In this document: positions 17,670-27,059 of the stretch, one piece after another
Layout of the letters: each line of letters begins with the position of its first letter
How positions within the stretch are numbered: the stretch's first letter is position 1
NCBI GenBank assembly: GCA_964428315.1
Contig: CAYRXT010000002.1
Coordinates: 6,859-70,858, forward strand
Reading direction: 5' to 3'
Length of the DNA: 64,000 bases
From: an uncultured Planctomycetales bacterium
GTDB lineage: Bacteria > Omnitrophota > Gorgyraeia > Zapsychrales > CAYRXT01
Made by a program: the position numbers and the translations under genes
Notes under the pieces: generated by a model
What the model saw: the letters and a program-made list of their open reading frames with translations, nothing else
Databases searched by the model: none
What the model was told of the DNA's origin: nothing

Positions 17670-18944
17670 GTGGACATGATCTTGGCGTTAATCATTGTCT
17701 TGCAGGTGGCCTTGGGTGTCGCCTTGGCGTTAATCCTTGTCCGGATAAGAGGCGTGGACCGGTTTTCCGGCGGGATGGCCGCCTTGAAGGAAAATCAGGA
17801 GCGGATCGAGCGCGTTGTCAAAGATGAGATCGCCCGGAATCGCGAGGAGACCCAGGCGAGCGCCCGCCAGGCCAGAGAAGAAACGAATGCCGTCCTGAAA
17901 AATCAGCTTGACACCTTTTCTAGGCAGCTTCTGGACTTGACCCAGATGAATGAAAAGAAACTGGAAAACATAAGAGAGACGGTAGAAAAGAGGCTGGTCT
18001 TTCTGCAGGAAGACAACACGAAAACGCTTGAAAAGATGCGCGAGACCGTGGACGAAAAACTCCATGCGACCCTGGAGCGGAGGCTCGGGGAGTCTTTCAG
18101 GCTGGTCAGCGAACGCCTCGAACTGGTCCACAAAGGTCTCGGCGAGATGCAGTCGCTGGCAACAGGGGTGGGGGATTTGAAGAAGGTCCTGACAAATATC
18201 AAGGTGCGAGGGACATGGGGAGAAATCCAGCTGGGCAATATCCTTGAAGAGATGCTGACACCGGAACAGTTCCTGAAAAATGTGGCCACAAAAAAAGGAA
18301 GTAAAATGACCGTCGAGTACGCGGTGAAACTGCCGGGCAATGATGACCACACGGTCCTTTTGCCCATTGACGCCAAGTTCCCCAGGGAAGACTACGAACG
18401 TCTGCTGGACGCCCAGGAGAAGGCGGACCGCGACGCGGTCGAAGAATACGCCAAGGCGCTCGAAAACCGGATTAAGGCCGAGGCCAAAGATATTCGGGAT
18501 AAGTATCTGGATCCGCCGAACACCACGGATTTCGGCATCCTCTTCCTTCCCATTGAGGGGCTTTACGCCGAGGTCCTGCGCCGGCCGGGACTGCAGGACA
18601 ACATCCGGCGTGACTACCGGGTGGCCATCGCCGGCCCGACGACAATTTCCGCCTTTTTGAACAGCCTGCAGATGGGGTTCCGTTCCCTGGCCATCGAAAA
18701 GCGGGCCAGTGATGTCTGGCAGATCCTGGGGAGCATCAAGACGGAATTCGGAAAGTTTGGTGATATTCTGGAAAAGACGCATAAAAAAATCCAGGAGGCC
18801 GGCAATACGATTGAAAACGCCGCCAGGAAATCCAGAAACATAGAACGGAAACTGAAAAGGGTGCAGTCCATGCCGGACAAAAGTGAGGCGCCGCTTATGA
18901 TCGATTCGGTTGAAGTCAAATTGAAGGATGAGGAAGATGAATGA
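17670..18944 (+). CDS. rmuC: DNA recombination protein RmuC
   Basis: N-terminal TM plus coiled coil; RGTWGEIQL, PIDAKFP, TTDFGILFLP.EGLYAE, LNSLQMGF. Confidence 0.93.
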   Translation: MDMILALIIVLQVALGVALALILVRIRGVDRFSGGMAALKENQERIERVVKDEIARNREETQASARQAREETNAVLKNQLDTFSRQLLDLTQMNEKKLENIRETVEKRLVFLQEDNTKTLEKMRETVDEKLHATLERRLGESFRLVSERLELVHKGLGEMQSLATGVGDLKKVLTNIKVRGTWGEIQLGNILEEMLTPEQFLKNVATKKGSKMTVEYAVKLPGNDDHTVLLPIDAKFPREDYERLLDAQEKADRDAVEEYAKALENRIKAEAKDIRDKYLDPPNTTDFGILFLPIEGLYAEVLRRPGLQDNIRRDYRVAIAGPTTISAFLNSLQMGFRSLAIEKRASDVWQILGSIKTEFGKFGDILEKTHKKIQEAGNTIENAARKSRNIERKLKRVQSMPDKSEAPLMIDSVEVKLKDEEDE

Positions 18945-19251
18945 GGGCCGTCCAGAGGACGACGCGCGCCGCGCCGGCACCGCCGCCGTCCTTTCTTTTG
19001 TCTTTAACGGGCTTGGCCAGATCTATAACGGCGAGATCAAGAAGGGGCTCGTTATCGTTTCCGGGGCGGGTTTTTTTCTGGTTATGATTATTCTCGGCGG
19101 CATCTTGGCCGCTCACTGGCTGTTGACCCGTTTCTATCCTGTCGCCGAACTCATCATCGGGCTGGTCATCTTTCTCGCGGGCATAGCCGGGGCATGCCTC
19201 CTGGGACTTTACAGTATTTCCGATGCCTACCGCAAAGCCAGCCATCCCTGA
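18937..19251 (+). CDS. Small membrane protein (TM2/NINE-like)
   Basis: AAVLSFVFNGLGQIYNG...KG followed by hydrophobic helices. Confidence 0.75.
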   Translation: MNEGRPEDDARRAGTAAVLSFVFNGLGQIYNGEIKKGLVIVSGAGFFLVMIILGGILAAHWLLTRFYPVAELIIGLVIFLAGIAGACLLGLYSISDAYRKASHP

Positions 19252-19960
19252 CCACTGCGTATCCGTGTTCCCGGCCCTCCTTCGCCGGAGGGTCCTGGCC
19301 TTCACGACAGACCGGAGGACGGACTTCGCGTTTGCGGCCGGATCATGCCGGTTTTCGGCCCGTCAGAGAGAACGGCTGCGTTCGCGGGGGGTGCCGGTGG
19401 CGCGGGTCATGAATATCCGCCAGGTGCACGGCCGGCGGGTGCGGGTTGTCCGGGAGGACAACGCGGCCTGTATATTAGGGAAGACCGGGGACGCCCTGGT
19501 GACGTCGTTAGGGGATGTCCCGCTTGCGGTGCGCACGGCCGACTGCCTGCCGGTCTTTCTCTTCGCCCCCCGCAGGGGTGTCATCGGCCTGGTCCATGCC
19601 GGGTGGCGGGGCACGCGTCTGGGTGTGACCGCGCGGGCCGTCGAAAAACTCGCCCGTGAAGGCGAAGAGGACCCCCGTGAGATCAGGGCCGCCTTTGGTC
19701 CGGCCATACGGTCATGCTGTTATGAAGTCGCAAGAAGGTTTTTAAGATATTTTCCCGGTCATGTCAAAAGACGCGGGGGCCGGTATTATCTGGATCTCGC
19801 GGCCGCCAATCGCGCGCAGTTAACGAAGGCCGGAATCCGGCCGGCCAATATCTATGACACGGGGATCTGCACGTGTTGCGACAAACGCTTTTTCTCTTAC
19901 CGGCGGGAGGGCCGCGGCGCGGGGAGGATGATTTCGGTGATCATGCGTCCCTTGCGTTGA
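19223..19960 (+). CDS. pgeF: Peptidoglycan editing factor PgeF / YfiH-like nucleoside phosphorylase
   Basis: QVHG, TADCLPV, HAGWRG, GPAI..CCYEV, FFSYRR...GRM. Confidence 0.9.
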   Translation: MPTAKPAIPDHCVSVFPALLRRRVLAFTTDRRTDFAFAAGSCRFSARQRERLRSRGVPVARVMNIRQVHGRRVRVVREDNAACILGKTGDALVTSLGDVPLAVRTADCLPVFLFAPRRGVIGLVHAGWRGTRLGVTARAVEKLAREGEEDPREIRAAFGPAIRSCCYEVARRFLRYFPGHVKRRGGRYYLDLAAANRAQLTKAGIRPANIYDTGICTCCDKRFFSYRREGRGAGRMISVIMRPLR

Positions 19961-20069
19961 ACCGCTTGTGTCAGGGAGGATTGGCGGGATCCGGCGACCG
20001 GGCCGAACCCTTGGACACAGGGGTAATGACACCGGAAACCGTCCATCCAGGACATCCGGAAAGATTGGT

Positions 20070-20098
20070 TTGGCAAGGGAGAACTATGCGTGTATAAT
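20070..20098 (+). promoter_or_regulatory. Putative sigma70 promoter for cutA-tlpA-pncB
   Basis: TTGGCA-N17-TATAAT. Confidence 0.6.
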
Positions 20099-20169
20099 GG
20101 AGCCCCGCGGTGTTCCGCGAAGGCAGATCAAAACCTTTGGGCGGCCAATTCGCATTAAGGAGGCCCCTG

Positions 20170-20484
20170 ATGACCGTTGTCGTTCTGGTCACCGCGAAGA
20201 ATTTGAAAGAGGCCCGCAGGATTGCCGGCCATCTTTTGAACAAGAAACTGGCGGCGTGTGTTAATCTTATCGAAGGGGTGCGGTCTTTTTTCTTCTGGGA
20301 AGGAAAGATGGACCACAGCCGGGAGGTCCTCCTTATCATCAAATCGGACAAAAAACGGCTCTCCAGACTGACAAAGGAGGTCAAGGCGCTTCACAGTTAT
20401 GACACGCCCGAGGTCATCGCCCTTCCCGTCATCGGAGGATCACAAGATTATTTGCGCTGGATCGAAGAAACAGTGGGGGCATAG
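20170..20484 (+). CDS. cutA: Divalent-cation tolerance protein CutA
   Basis: KLAACVN, WEGK...E, HSYDTPEVI; SD TAAGGAGG before ATG 20170. Confidence 0.93.
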   Translation: MTVVVLVTAKNLKEARRIAGHLLNKKLAACVNLIEGVRSFFFWEGKMDHSREVLLIIKSDKKRLSRLTKEVKALHSYDTPEVIALPVIGGSQDYLRWIEETVGA

Positions 20485-20486
20485 AC

Positions 20487-20996
20487 ATGAAATGTATCCG
20501 GAACATCATCCTGTTAACCTTATTGCTGGTTATCGGCTTACCGCCGGGGGCGGCAAGAGGACAGTTCTTCTTCCTTCAGAACCCCAGCGTCGGTCGTCCT
20601 GCGCCGGATTTTACGCTGGAGACGGTCGGAGGAGAGACCTATAATCTCAAGGAGTATATCGACGGTCAGAAGGCCATTATTTTTTTCTGGGCCACATGGT
20701 GTCCCCACTGCCGCGCGGCCCTTGAGGCCCTGAACGAAAAAAGGCAGGCTATTCTCAGTAATGACATCCGGCTTGTTGTTGTCGATCTGGGAGAAAGCCG
20801 GCGCGAGGTGGCCTCGTACCTCGAACGTAACGGCATCGATCTGGAGGTGTTCCTGGATACGGAGTCGTCTCTGTCCGAGCCTTACGGCATCATCGGGTTG
20901 CCGACGTTCTATTTCGTCGACGAAGGGGGTGTCGTCCAGTCGGTGCAGCACACCCTGCCTGAGGATTATGACAACCTGTTTTCATCCGAGAATTGA
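20487..20996 (+). CDS. TlpA/ResA-like exported thiol-disulfide oxidoreductase
   Basis: Signal peptide; APDFTL, FWATWCPHC, GLPT. Confidence 0.9.
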   Translation: MKCIRNIILLTLLLVIGLPPGAARGQFFFLQNPSVGRPAPDFTLETVGGETYNLKEYIDGQKAIIFFWATWCPHCRAALEALNEKRQAILSNDIRLVVVDLGESRREVASYLERNGIDLEVFLDTESSLSEPYGIIGLPTFYFVDEGGVVQSVQHTLPEDYDNLFSSEN

Positions 20997-21011
20997 CAAA
21001 GGAAATCCCGC

Positions 21012-22379
21012 GTGTCCGATTCCCAGAGCCAGGCCCTGCTCATCGACCAGTATGAACTGACCATGGCGGCCAGTTATCTTGAACACCGTCCGAACCATTG
21101 GGCCGCGTTTGACCTTTTTATCCGTAAATTTCCTTCTAGGCGTTCCTTCTTTGTCGCCGGCGGTCTCGACGACGCCGTCGACTATATCCAGGGGCTGCGT
21201 TTCGACGCCGGTGACCTCGCGTATCTTCAAAGCCTGGACCTCTTTTCCGAAAAATTCCTGTCCTATCTCGGGTCTTTCCGTTTCCGCGGTTCTGTCTGGG
21301 CCATGAAGGAGGGTTCGGTCTTCTTCCCCAACGAGCCGGTGTTGAGGGCCGTCGGCCCGCTCATCGAGGCCCAGATCCTCGAGAGTTGCCTGCTCAATAC
21401 CGTTAACCTCCAGACGATGATCGCCACGAAGGCGGCCCGCGTTATGCAGGCCGCCGGAAAAAGGGCGGTTCTGGATTTCTCTCTGCGGAGGACCCACGGT
21501 CCGGACGCCGCTAATAAAGTGGCCAGGGCCTCTTACCTGGCCGGCTTTAAAGGCACATCCAATCTGATGGGAGGCAAACTCTATGACATCCCCGTTTCGG
21601 GGACGATGGCCCATTCATTTGTCATGGCCTTCGACGGAGAGACGGACGCGTTCCGCGCTTTCGCACGCACTTTTCCCGGAAACACCGTTTTGCTCGTCGA
21701 CACCTATGATACGATAAAAGGCGTCAAGAAGGCGGTGGTTGTCGCCCGGGAAATGGAAAGCCAGGGAAAAAGGCTCAGGGCGATCCGCCTGGACAGCGGG
21801 AAGCTGGACATCCTGGCCCAAAAGTCCCGGCGCATTCTGGACAAGGCCGGGCTCGAGTATGTGAAGATCTTCGCGAGCGGCAGTCTGGACGAATACAAGA
21901 TTGAGAAGCTGACAAAAAGCAAGGCCCCCATCGATGCCTTCGGCGTCGGGACGAACATGGGCGTGTCAGAGGACGCGCCCTACTGCGATGTCATCTACAA
22001 ACTCAGCGAGATCGGAGAGAACGCCCGGTATTTTCATCCCACGATGAAGCTGAGCAGCGGGAAGTTCACGTATCCCGGCCGGAAGCAGGTCTTCCGTTTC
22101 AAGGACAGGCGGGGGAAGTATAAGAAAGATGTCATAGGGCTCGAGGCTGAACCGATCAAGGGCCGGCCTCTGCTGGGGCAGGTGATGGAAAAGGGGCGGC
22201 GCCTCGTCGAGCGCCCGCCTCTCAAGGCGGTCAAAGACAGGACCCTGCGCAACCTCAGCGCCCTTCCCCGCCGCTTTCGCGAACTGAATAAACCGGCCGA
22301 ATATCCCGTCGAGATCAGTGCCGGACTCGACCGTCTGACCCGCGAGGTTTCCTCGCGCATCAAACAGACAAAGATCTGA
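21012..22379 (+). CDS. pncB: Nicotinate phosphoribosyltransferase
   Basis: DQYELTM, DFSLRR, GTMAHSF, LVDTYD, IRLDSG, FGVGT. Confidence 0.93.
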   Translation: MSDSQSQALLIDQYELTMAASYLEHRPNHWAAFDLFIRKFPSRRSFFVAGGLDDAVDYIQGLRFDAGDLAYLQSLDLFSEKFLSYLGSFRFRGSVWAMKEGSVFFPNEPVLRAVGPLIEAQILESCLLNTVNLQTMIATKAARVMQAAGKRAVLDFSLRRTHGPDAANKVARASYLAGFKGTSNLMGGKLYDIPVSGTMAHSFVMAFDGETDAFRAFARTFPGNTVLLVDTYDTIKGVKKAVVVAREMESQGKRLRAIRLDSGKLDILAQKSRRILDKAGLEYVKIFASGSLDEYKIEKLTKSKAPIDAFGVGTNMGVSEDAPYCDVIYKLSEIGENARYFHPTMKLSSGKFTYPGRKQVFRFKDRRGKYKKDVIGLEAEPIKGRPLLGQVMEKGRRLVERPPLKAVKDRTLRNLSALPRRFRELNKPAEYPVEISAGLDRLTREVSSRIKQTKI

Positions 22380-22395
22380 AGGGAAAGAAAAATAG

Positions 22396-22443
22396 AAAAA
22401 AGGACGGGCGGCTCCCGGCCATCAGGGAGCCGCCCGTCCCTTT
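22396..22443. terminator. Bidirectional intrinsic terminator between convergent pncB and surA-like genes
   Basis: 15-bp perfect stem GGACGGGCGGCTCCC (22402-22416) / GGGAGCCGCCCGTCC (22425-22439), A-tract before and T-tract after. Confidence 0.9.
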
Positions 22444-22449
22444 AACATT

Positions 22450-23937
22450 TTAATCGCCGGCGGCTTCTTTCTCGGCGCGGGGAATGTTCGATTCAAGGTT
22501 GGCCTTGGCGCGCAGACGGGCCAGGAAGTCATTGAATATTTTGTTTTTCTTTTCGAGGATCAGCCTCCGGGCGAATTCTTCCTTTTCTTTCTGATACGTT
22601 TCTTCACCGACACCTTCGGAAGACTGAAGATAGAGTATAGCGTGGCCTATCGGTGTTTCGACCACGCCGCTCAGAGGGCTCTCCCCGCTGAGGCCGAACG
22701 CGGCCTCCTGGAATGCGCGGGCGAGTCCGATGCCCGGGATGTATTCGCCGCGGCGGAAAAGAGGGGTCTCTCGTATACCCAGCCCGAGGCTGTTGCAGGC
22801 CTGCGCGAACCCCTGGCCGGGATTGGACTCCAGGGCCGACCGTATATTGTTCAAGGCTTTTCCTGATTCTTCGCGGGCCAGGCCTGCCGCCTTTTCATGA
22901 CGGAGGCGTTCTTCAACCTTTGGCCGCGCCTCGTCAAATTCCGGGATTTCGCTTTCCTTTTTGTCCACGATCTTTATGATGTACAGGCCTTTTTCGGTGG
23001 CCACGGGCGGGCTGATCTCATCTTCCTTAAGGGAGAAAACGCTTTCGAGCAGGTCCGGGGACCATCCCAGGCTCAGGCTCGGCTGCTGACGGCTGAAATA
23101 TCCCGTCTCTTCGACGGTTAGCCCGTTGAGGCCGGCGGCCCTGTTCATGTCAGGATCCTTTTCCAGTTCGAGGGTGACCTTACCGGCCTGCGTGACCAGG
23201 GCGTCTTTATCTTCTTCTGTAAGGTCCTCGGAAAAGGCGATATGGATGTACTCGGCCTTGACGCGCTGGGGCAGACGGAAGTCCTCGGGATGCCCCGTGT
23301 AATAAGCCTTTAGGGCATCAGCATCGACGGTCACGGTATCGAGGTAGTCCTCCGCCGAAAAAACGACGTATTCCACCTTGACCTGTTGATTGCTTTCCCG
23401 GTAGGCCTCACGGATTTCCTCGTCACTTATGGCCACGTCCTGTGTCTCCTGTTCAAAGACGGCCGCGAAGGCCAGGGCATCGCGTATGCCTTCCTCAAAC
23501 TGGCGGGGCGTGCTGTGGAAGACGTGGCGGACAAGGCGTTCGTAGAGCTGCGGGTCGAACCGGCCGTCGATTTGAAAAAAATCCAGGGCGCGGATCTGTT
23601 CAATTACGTCTTCGTCGGGGATGCGGATATTTCTCTTTCTGGCCTCATGGAGAAGGATCAGGCGGTCCCATGCCTCGCGCTCGAGATCCAGGAACTGGCT
23701 GATTTTGAAAAAATTCTCGCCATAGCGCATAACAGCCTGATTCTTGGCATGGAGAAGACTTTCGCGGAACGCTTCGCGGGAGATCCTTTTCTCGAAGATC
23801 CTGCCGGCATAACTCTTGCCCGTCCGGCTCTGCAGGTAGTTGGCTGTACCGAAAAAACCGAAGCTGATGATGATGACCACCGCCACCACCCATAAAATGC
23901 GTTTCATGACGCCTTTTTTGCGGAGAAACTTCAGCAT
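22450..23937 (-). CDS. SurA/PpiD-like membrane-anchored periplasmic chaperone
   Basis: MLKFLRKK + TM (ILWVVAVVIIISFGFFG), SurA-N-like helical region, two degenerate parvulin-like segments (SPPVATEKGLYII, SGVVETPIGHAIL). Confidence 0.85.
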   Translation of the reverse strand: MLKFLRKKGVMKRILWVVAVVIIISFGFFGTANYLQSRTGKSYAGRIFEKRISREAFRESLLHAKNQAVMRYGENFFKISQFLDLEREAWDRLILLHEARKRNIRIPDEDVIEQIRALDFFQIDGRFDPQLYERLVRHVFHSTPRQFEEGIRDALAFAAVFEQETQDVAISDEEIREAYRESNQQVKVEYVVFSAEDYLDTVTVDADALKAYYTGHPEDFRLPQRVKAEYIHIAFSEDLTEEDKDALVTQAGKVTLELEKDPDMNRAAGLNGLTVEETGYFSRQQPSLSLGWSPDLLESVFSLKEDEISPPVATEKGLYIIKIVDKKESEIPEFDEARPKVEERLRHEKAAGLAREESGKALNNIRSALESNPGQGFAQACNSLGLGIRETPLFRRGEYIPGIGLARAFQEAAFGLSGESPLSGVVETPIGHAILYLQSSEGVGEETYQKEKEEFARRLILEKKNKIFNDFLARLRAKANLESNIPRAEKEAAGD

Positions 23938-23980
23938 AGTTCCACGTCCTTATCTTTTGTGGCAGAAAAATATGGGACTG

Positions 23981-24009
23981 ATTATATCGTTGAATTTACG
24001 CTTTGACAA
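23981..24009 (-). promoter_or_regulatory. sigma70 promoter for the surA/ppiD-like gene
   Basis: Minus strand TTGTCA-N17-TATAAT. Confidence 0.7.
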
Positions 24010-24031
24010 GGGATTTTGGGCATGATACATT
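24003..24031 (+). promoter_or_regulatory. sigma70 promoter for the deacetylase-like gene
   Basis: TTGACA-N17-TACATT with TG at the extended position. Confidence 0.6.
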
Positions 24032-24074
24032 AACACCACCGATTAAGAAAAAATTCGGGAAAGGATAAACTTTT

Positions 24075-24908
24075 GTGCACAATGCCCTTTCTGTCTTTGT
24101 CAGCGATTGGTATCATCAGGCCGGGGCGGATCACCCCAGCGGGATCAGCGGCGAATTGGAGAGCCGGGTCCGGCTTAACACCCAGAACACACTGGCCTTT
24201 CTGGCCCGTCTGAAGACCAAGGCCACTTTTTTTATCCTCGGGGTCGTGGCCGAACGATTCCCGGAGCTCGTCAAGAACATCGAAGTCGCCGGCCATGAAG
24301 TGGCCAGCATGGGTTTCCGCTACCGTGAAGTCTTCCGGCACACGGAATATTCTTTCCGGGATGATCTGCGCAAGTCACTGGAGCTTTTACGGTCTATAAG
24401 CGGAACGCCCGTCCAGGGCTATCACGCGCCGGATTTTTCGATTATTCCGAGAGTCCACTGGGCATTGGACATGCTTGGTGAAGAGGGTGTTAAATACGAC
24501 TGCAGCCTTTTCCCGGTGCATCATTGGCGTTTCGGGAACCCTCACACACCGCGAGTCCTGTACCGGGTCCGGCCCAATGTGATCGAGTGTCCCCCCACGA
24601 CATTGCGGATGGCGTGGACCAATGTCTCTGTCGCCGGCTCAAGGGGCCTGTGCCGCTGGCCGTCCTGGCTCGTCCGGTCAATGGTCGAAAGACTGAACAG
24701 GCAGGGCATGGCCTGTCATTTTTTTGTGCATGTGTGGGAATTCGACGAGGACTTGCCGAAGATACCCGTTTCACTGTGGAGACGATGGGCCGAGTTCGCC
24801 GATAACGGCCTGGTCCAGTCCCGATTAACCGATCTCCTTTCGCATTTTCAGTTTGTCCCGGTCTGGGAGGTTGTCGAAAGAACAATCGGCGAGGATGAGA
24901 TTTTATGA
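24075..24908 (+). CDS. Polysaccharide deacetylase (CE4, DUF3473-type) homologue with degenerate active site
   Basis: KATFFILG.VAERFP.LV, GHEVAS, APDFSI, WALD.L.E.G..YD.S.FP, H.WE.D; metal and catalytic residues substituted. Confidence 0.8.
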   Translation: MHNALSVFVSDWYHQAGADHPSGISGELESRVRLNTQNTLAFLARLKTKATFFILGVVAERFPELVKNIEVAGHEVASMGFRYREVFRHTEYSFRDDLRKSLELLRSISGTPVQGYHAPDFSIIPRVHWALDMLGEEGVKYDCSLFPVHHWRFGNPHTPRVLYRVRPNVIECPPTTLRMAWTNVSVAGSRGLCRWPSWLVRSMVERLNRQGMACHFFVHVWEFDEDLPKIPVSLWRRWAEFADNGLVQSRLTDLLSHFQFVPVWEVVERTIGEDEIL

Positions 24909-24935
24909 GAAGCTCCCGGCAGACGAGGAAAGAGC

Positions 24936-24964
24936 TTTACAAGTGTTTACCGGCCGGGTATAAT
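24936..24964 (+). promoter_or_regulatory. sigma70 promoter for hisG
   Basis: TTTACA-N17-TATAAT. Confidence 0.7.
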
Positions 24965-25028
24965 ACCGTCCCATTTTTCCTTATGGAATCGGGTTAATCT
25001 GGTGTCCGCACAAGAGTTAGGGGAAAAC

Positions 25029-25913
25029 ATGAAAAAGACGAAAAAGCTGAAGATGGGTCTGCCGAAGGGGAGCCTGCAGGAAGCGACTGTTAAGCTGTTT
25101 GAGAAGGCTGGTTTCCGGATTTTCGTTTCCGCCCGTTCGTATTTCCCTTCGACCGATGACGCGGAGATCGAACCGGTATTGCTGAGGGCGCAGGAAATGT
25201 CGCAGTACGTCGAAGACGGCACCCTGGACTGCGGGATCACCGGCAAGGACTGGATTCAGGAAAACGGGTCGCGCGTGAAGCATGTCGTCGACTTGATTTA
25301 TGCCAAGCAGAGTTCGGTCAAGGTGCGGTGGGTCCTGGCCGTGCCGGAGGACTCCAAGGTCAAATCGGTCAAGGGGCTTCAGGGCAAACGCATCGCCACC
25401 GAACTGGTCAATGTTACCAGACAATACCTGAAAAAGAACAAAGTGAAGGCCGAAGTCGAATTCAGCTGGGGTGCCACCGAGGCCAAAGTCGCTTCCGGCC
25501 TGGTGGACGCCGTTGTCGAATTGACGGAGACCGGAAGCAGTCTTCGCGCCCACAAACTCAGGATCGTGGATACAATCTGCGAGTCTACCACGCAGTTTAT
25601 CGCGAACCCCGGCGCCTTCCAGGACACATGGAAGAGGAAGAAGATGGGGCAGATCTGCCTTCTGTTACAAGGGGCGTTGACGGCGAACAGCATGGTGGGT
25701 CTAAAGATGAACCTGGAAAAAAAGAACCTCCCCAGAGTCTTAGGGCTTCTCACATCCCTCAAAAAACCCACGATCTCTTCCTTGAGCGATCAACGGTGGC
25801 TGGCGGTTGAGACCGTGATCGACGAAGGCACCGTCCGTTCTCTCATCCCGGAATTAAAAGAGGCCGGAGCCCAGGGGATTATCGAGTACCCTTTAAATAA
25901 ATTAATTTATTGA
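25029..25913 (+). CDS. hisG: ATP phosphoribosyltransferase (long form)
   Basis: [36 protein letters not shown]-terminal regulatory domain. Confidence 0.96.
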   Translation: MKKTKKLKMGLPKGSLQEATVKLFEKAGFRIFVSARSYFPSTDDAEIEPVLLRAQEMSQYVEDGTLDCGITGKDWIQENGSRVKHVVDLIYAKQSSVKVRWVLAVPEDSKVKSVKGLQGKRIATELVNVTRQYLKKNKVKAEVEFSWGATEAKVASGLVDAVVELTETGSSLRAHKLRIVDTICESTTQFIANPGAFQDTWKRKKMGQICLLLQGALTANSMVGLKMNLEKKNLPRVLGLLTSLKKPTISSLSDQRWLAVETVIDEGTVRSLIPELKEAGAQGIIEYPLNKLIY

Positions 25914-25950
25914 GTATACTTACTATTGGAAGAAAAGGAGCTGAACGACA

Positions 25951-26052
25951 ATGCCGTGCGGAAGAAAACGTAAAAGGAAAAAAATCACGACGCATAAAAG
26001 GAAGAAACTTCGCAAATCGTTGCGTCATCTGAAAAAACGCGATCATCGCTAG
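25951..26052 (+). CDS. bS22 / AURKAIP1-COX24 family small ribosomal protein (33 aa), not in the ORF track
   Basis: MPCGRKRKRKKITTHKRKKLRKSLRHLKKRDHR*; SD AAGGAG; matches the G.KRKR.K...HKRKK..R..RH pattern. Confidence 0.85.
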   Translation: MPCGRKRKRKKITTHKRKKLRKSLRHLKKRDHR

Positions 26053-26060
26053 GAACAGAC

Positions 26061-27038
26061 ATGCGCGGACGCCGACCATTATTGTTCATCTTGAGGTCCA
26101 TCCTTGCCTTTTTGTGCGCGGCCGGGATAACCGGAAACGCATCGGCGTTTGCCGGAAATGAGGCCTTGACCCGGAGCATGTCCCATTACATGACCGGCCT
26201 CCTGCTTGACTGGTACGGTCAGAACGACGAGGCCATAGCCGAATATGAGAAGGCCGTTACGTTCGATCCGGCCAGCTACATCATCCGGTTGCGTCTGGGC
26301 GCCAACTATGTCCGGGAGGCGGAATACCCTAAAGCCATCAGCCAGTTGAACAAAGCCGCCGAACTCAAACCGCAGGACCTTCAGCCCCATTATCTTCTGG
26401 CCTTGGTGTATTCGTCGACGCAGAATTTTAAGAAGGCGGCCGAAGAATACGAATTGATCCTCAAGAGCCTTTCGGCTACAGATCCGCAGAACGTGGAGGT
26501 CTTCAGCTATCTCGGCCAACTGTATTATTCTCAGGGTGAATATCAAAAGGCTGTCGAACAGTTCAAGCGCATCCTGGTCATTGAACCCAATAACGCCGAG
26601 GTTATGTCTATTCTGGGGTCGCTTTATCTGGAGACGGAAGAACGGCCCGAAGCCATTGAGATGTTCCAGAAGGCCCTGGAGATCGACCCCGAACATGACG
26701 GCAGCCTGAATTCACTGGGCTATATGTACGCCGAGGACGGCATCCATCTCGACAAGGCGATTGAACTGATCAGCCGCGCCCTGCGGATCGACCCGGATAA
26801 CGGGGCTTATTTGGACAGTCTGGGATGGGCCTATTTCAAAAAAGGCCAGTACGAGAAGGCCCTGGGCAATCTGCAGAAGGCCGTTATCCTTTTCGAAGAT
26901 CCCGTCATTTACGATCATCTGGGCGACGTCTATCTCAAACTGGACCAGCAAGACAAGGCCCTGGAATCCTGGAGGAACTCTCTCGAGATGAAGCCCGACC
27001 AGGAGCACGTCGTCCAAAAGATCAAATTGTTGCAATAA
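26061..27038 (+). CDS. Exported TPR-repeat protein
   Basis: Signal peptide; multiple TPRs; LNSLGY, YLDSLGW, DHLGD typical of the TPR gene upstream of ispE. Confidence 0.9.
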   Translation: MRGRRPLLFILRSILAFLCAAGITGNASAFAGNEALTRSMSHYMTGLLLDWYGQNDEAIAEYEKAVTFDPASYIIRLRLGANYVREAEYPKAISQLNKAAELKPQDLQPHYLLALVYSSTQNFKKAAEEYELILKSLSATDPQNVEVFSYLGQLYYSQGEYQKAVEQFKRILVIEPNNAEVMSILGSLYLETEERPEAIEMFQKALEIDPEHDGSLNSLGYMYAEDGIHLDKAIELISRALRIDPDNGAYLDSLGWAYFKKGQYEKALGNLQKAVILFEDPVIYDHLGDVYLKLDQQDKALESWRNSLEMKPDQEHVVQKIKLLQ

Positions 27039-27059
27039 CACCACGATACCCTCTCTGAG

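Noticed and set aside
19990-20045. TPP-riboswitch-like fragment (GAACCCTT...GGGGTAATG)
   Set aside because: Lacks the CUGAGA and CCUGAU cores, lies upstream of the predicted promoter, and the downstream genes are not thiamine related
20100-20165. cutA leader hairpin CGCGG-TGTT-CCGCG as a preQ1 or fluoride riboswitch
   Set aside because: Loop too short and consensus nucleotides absent
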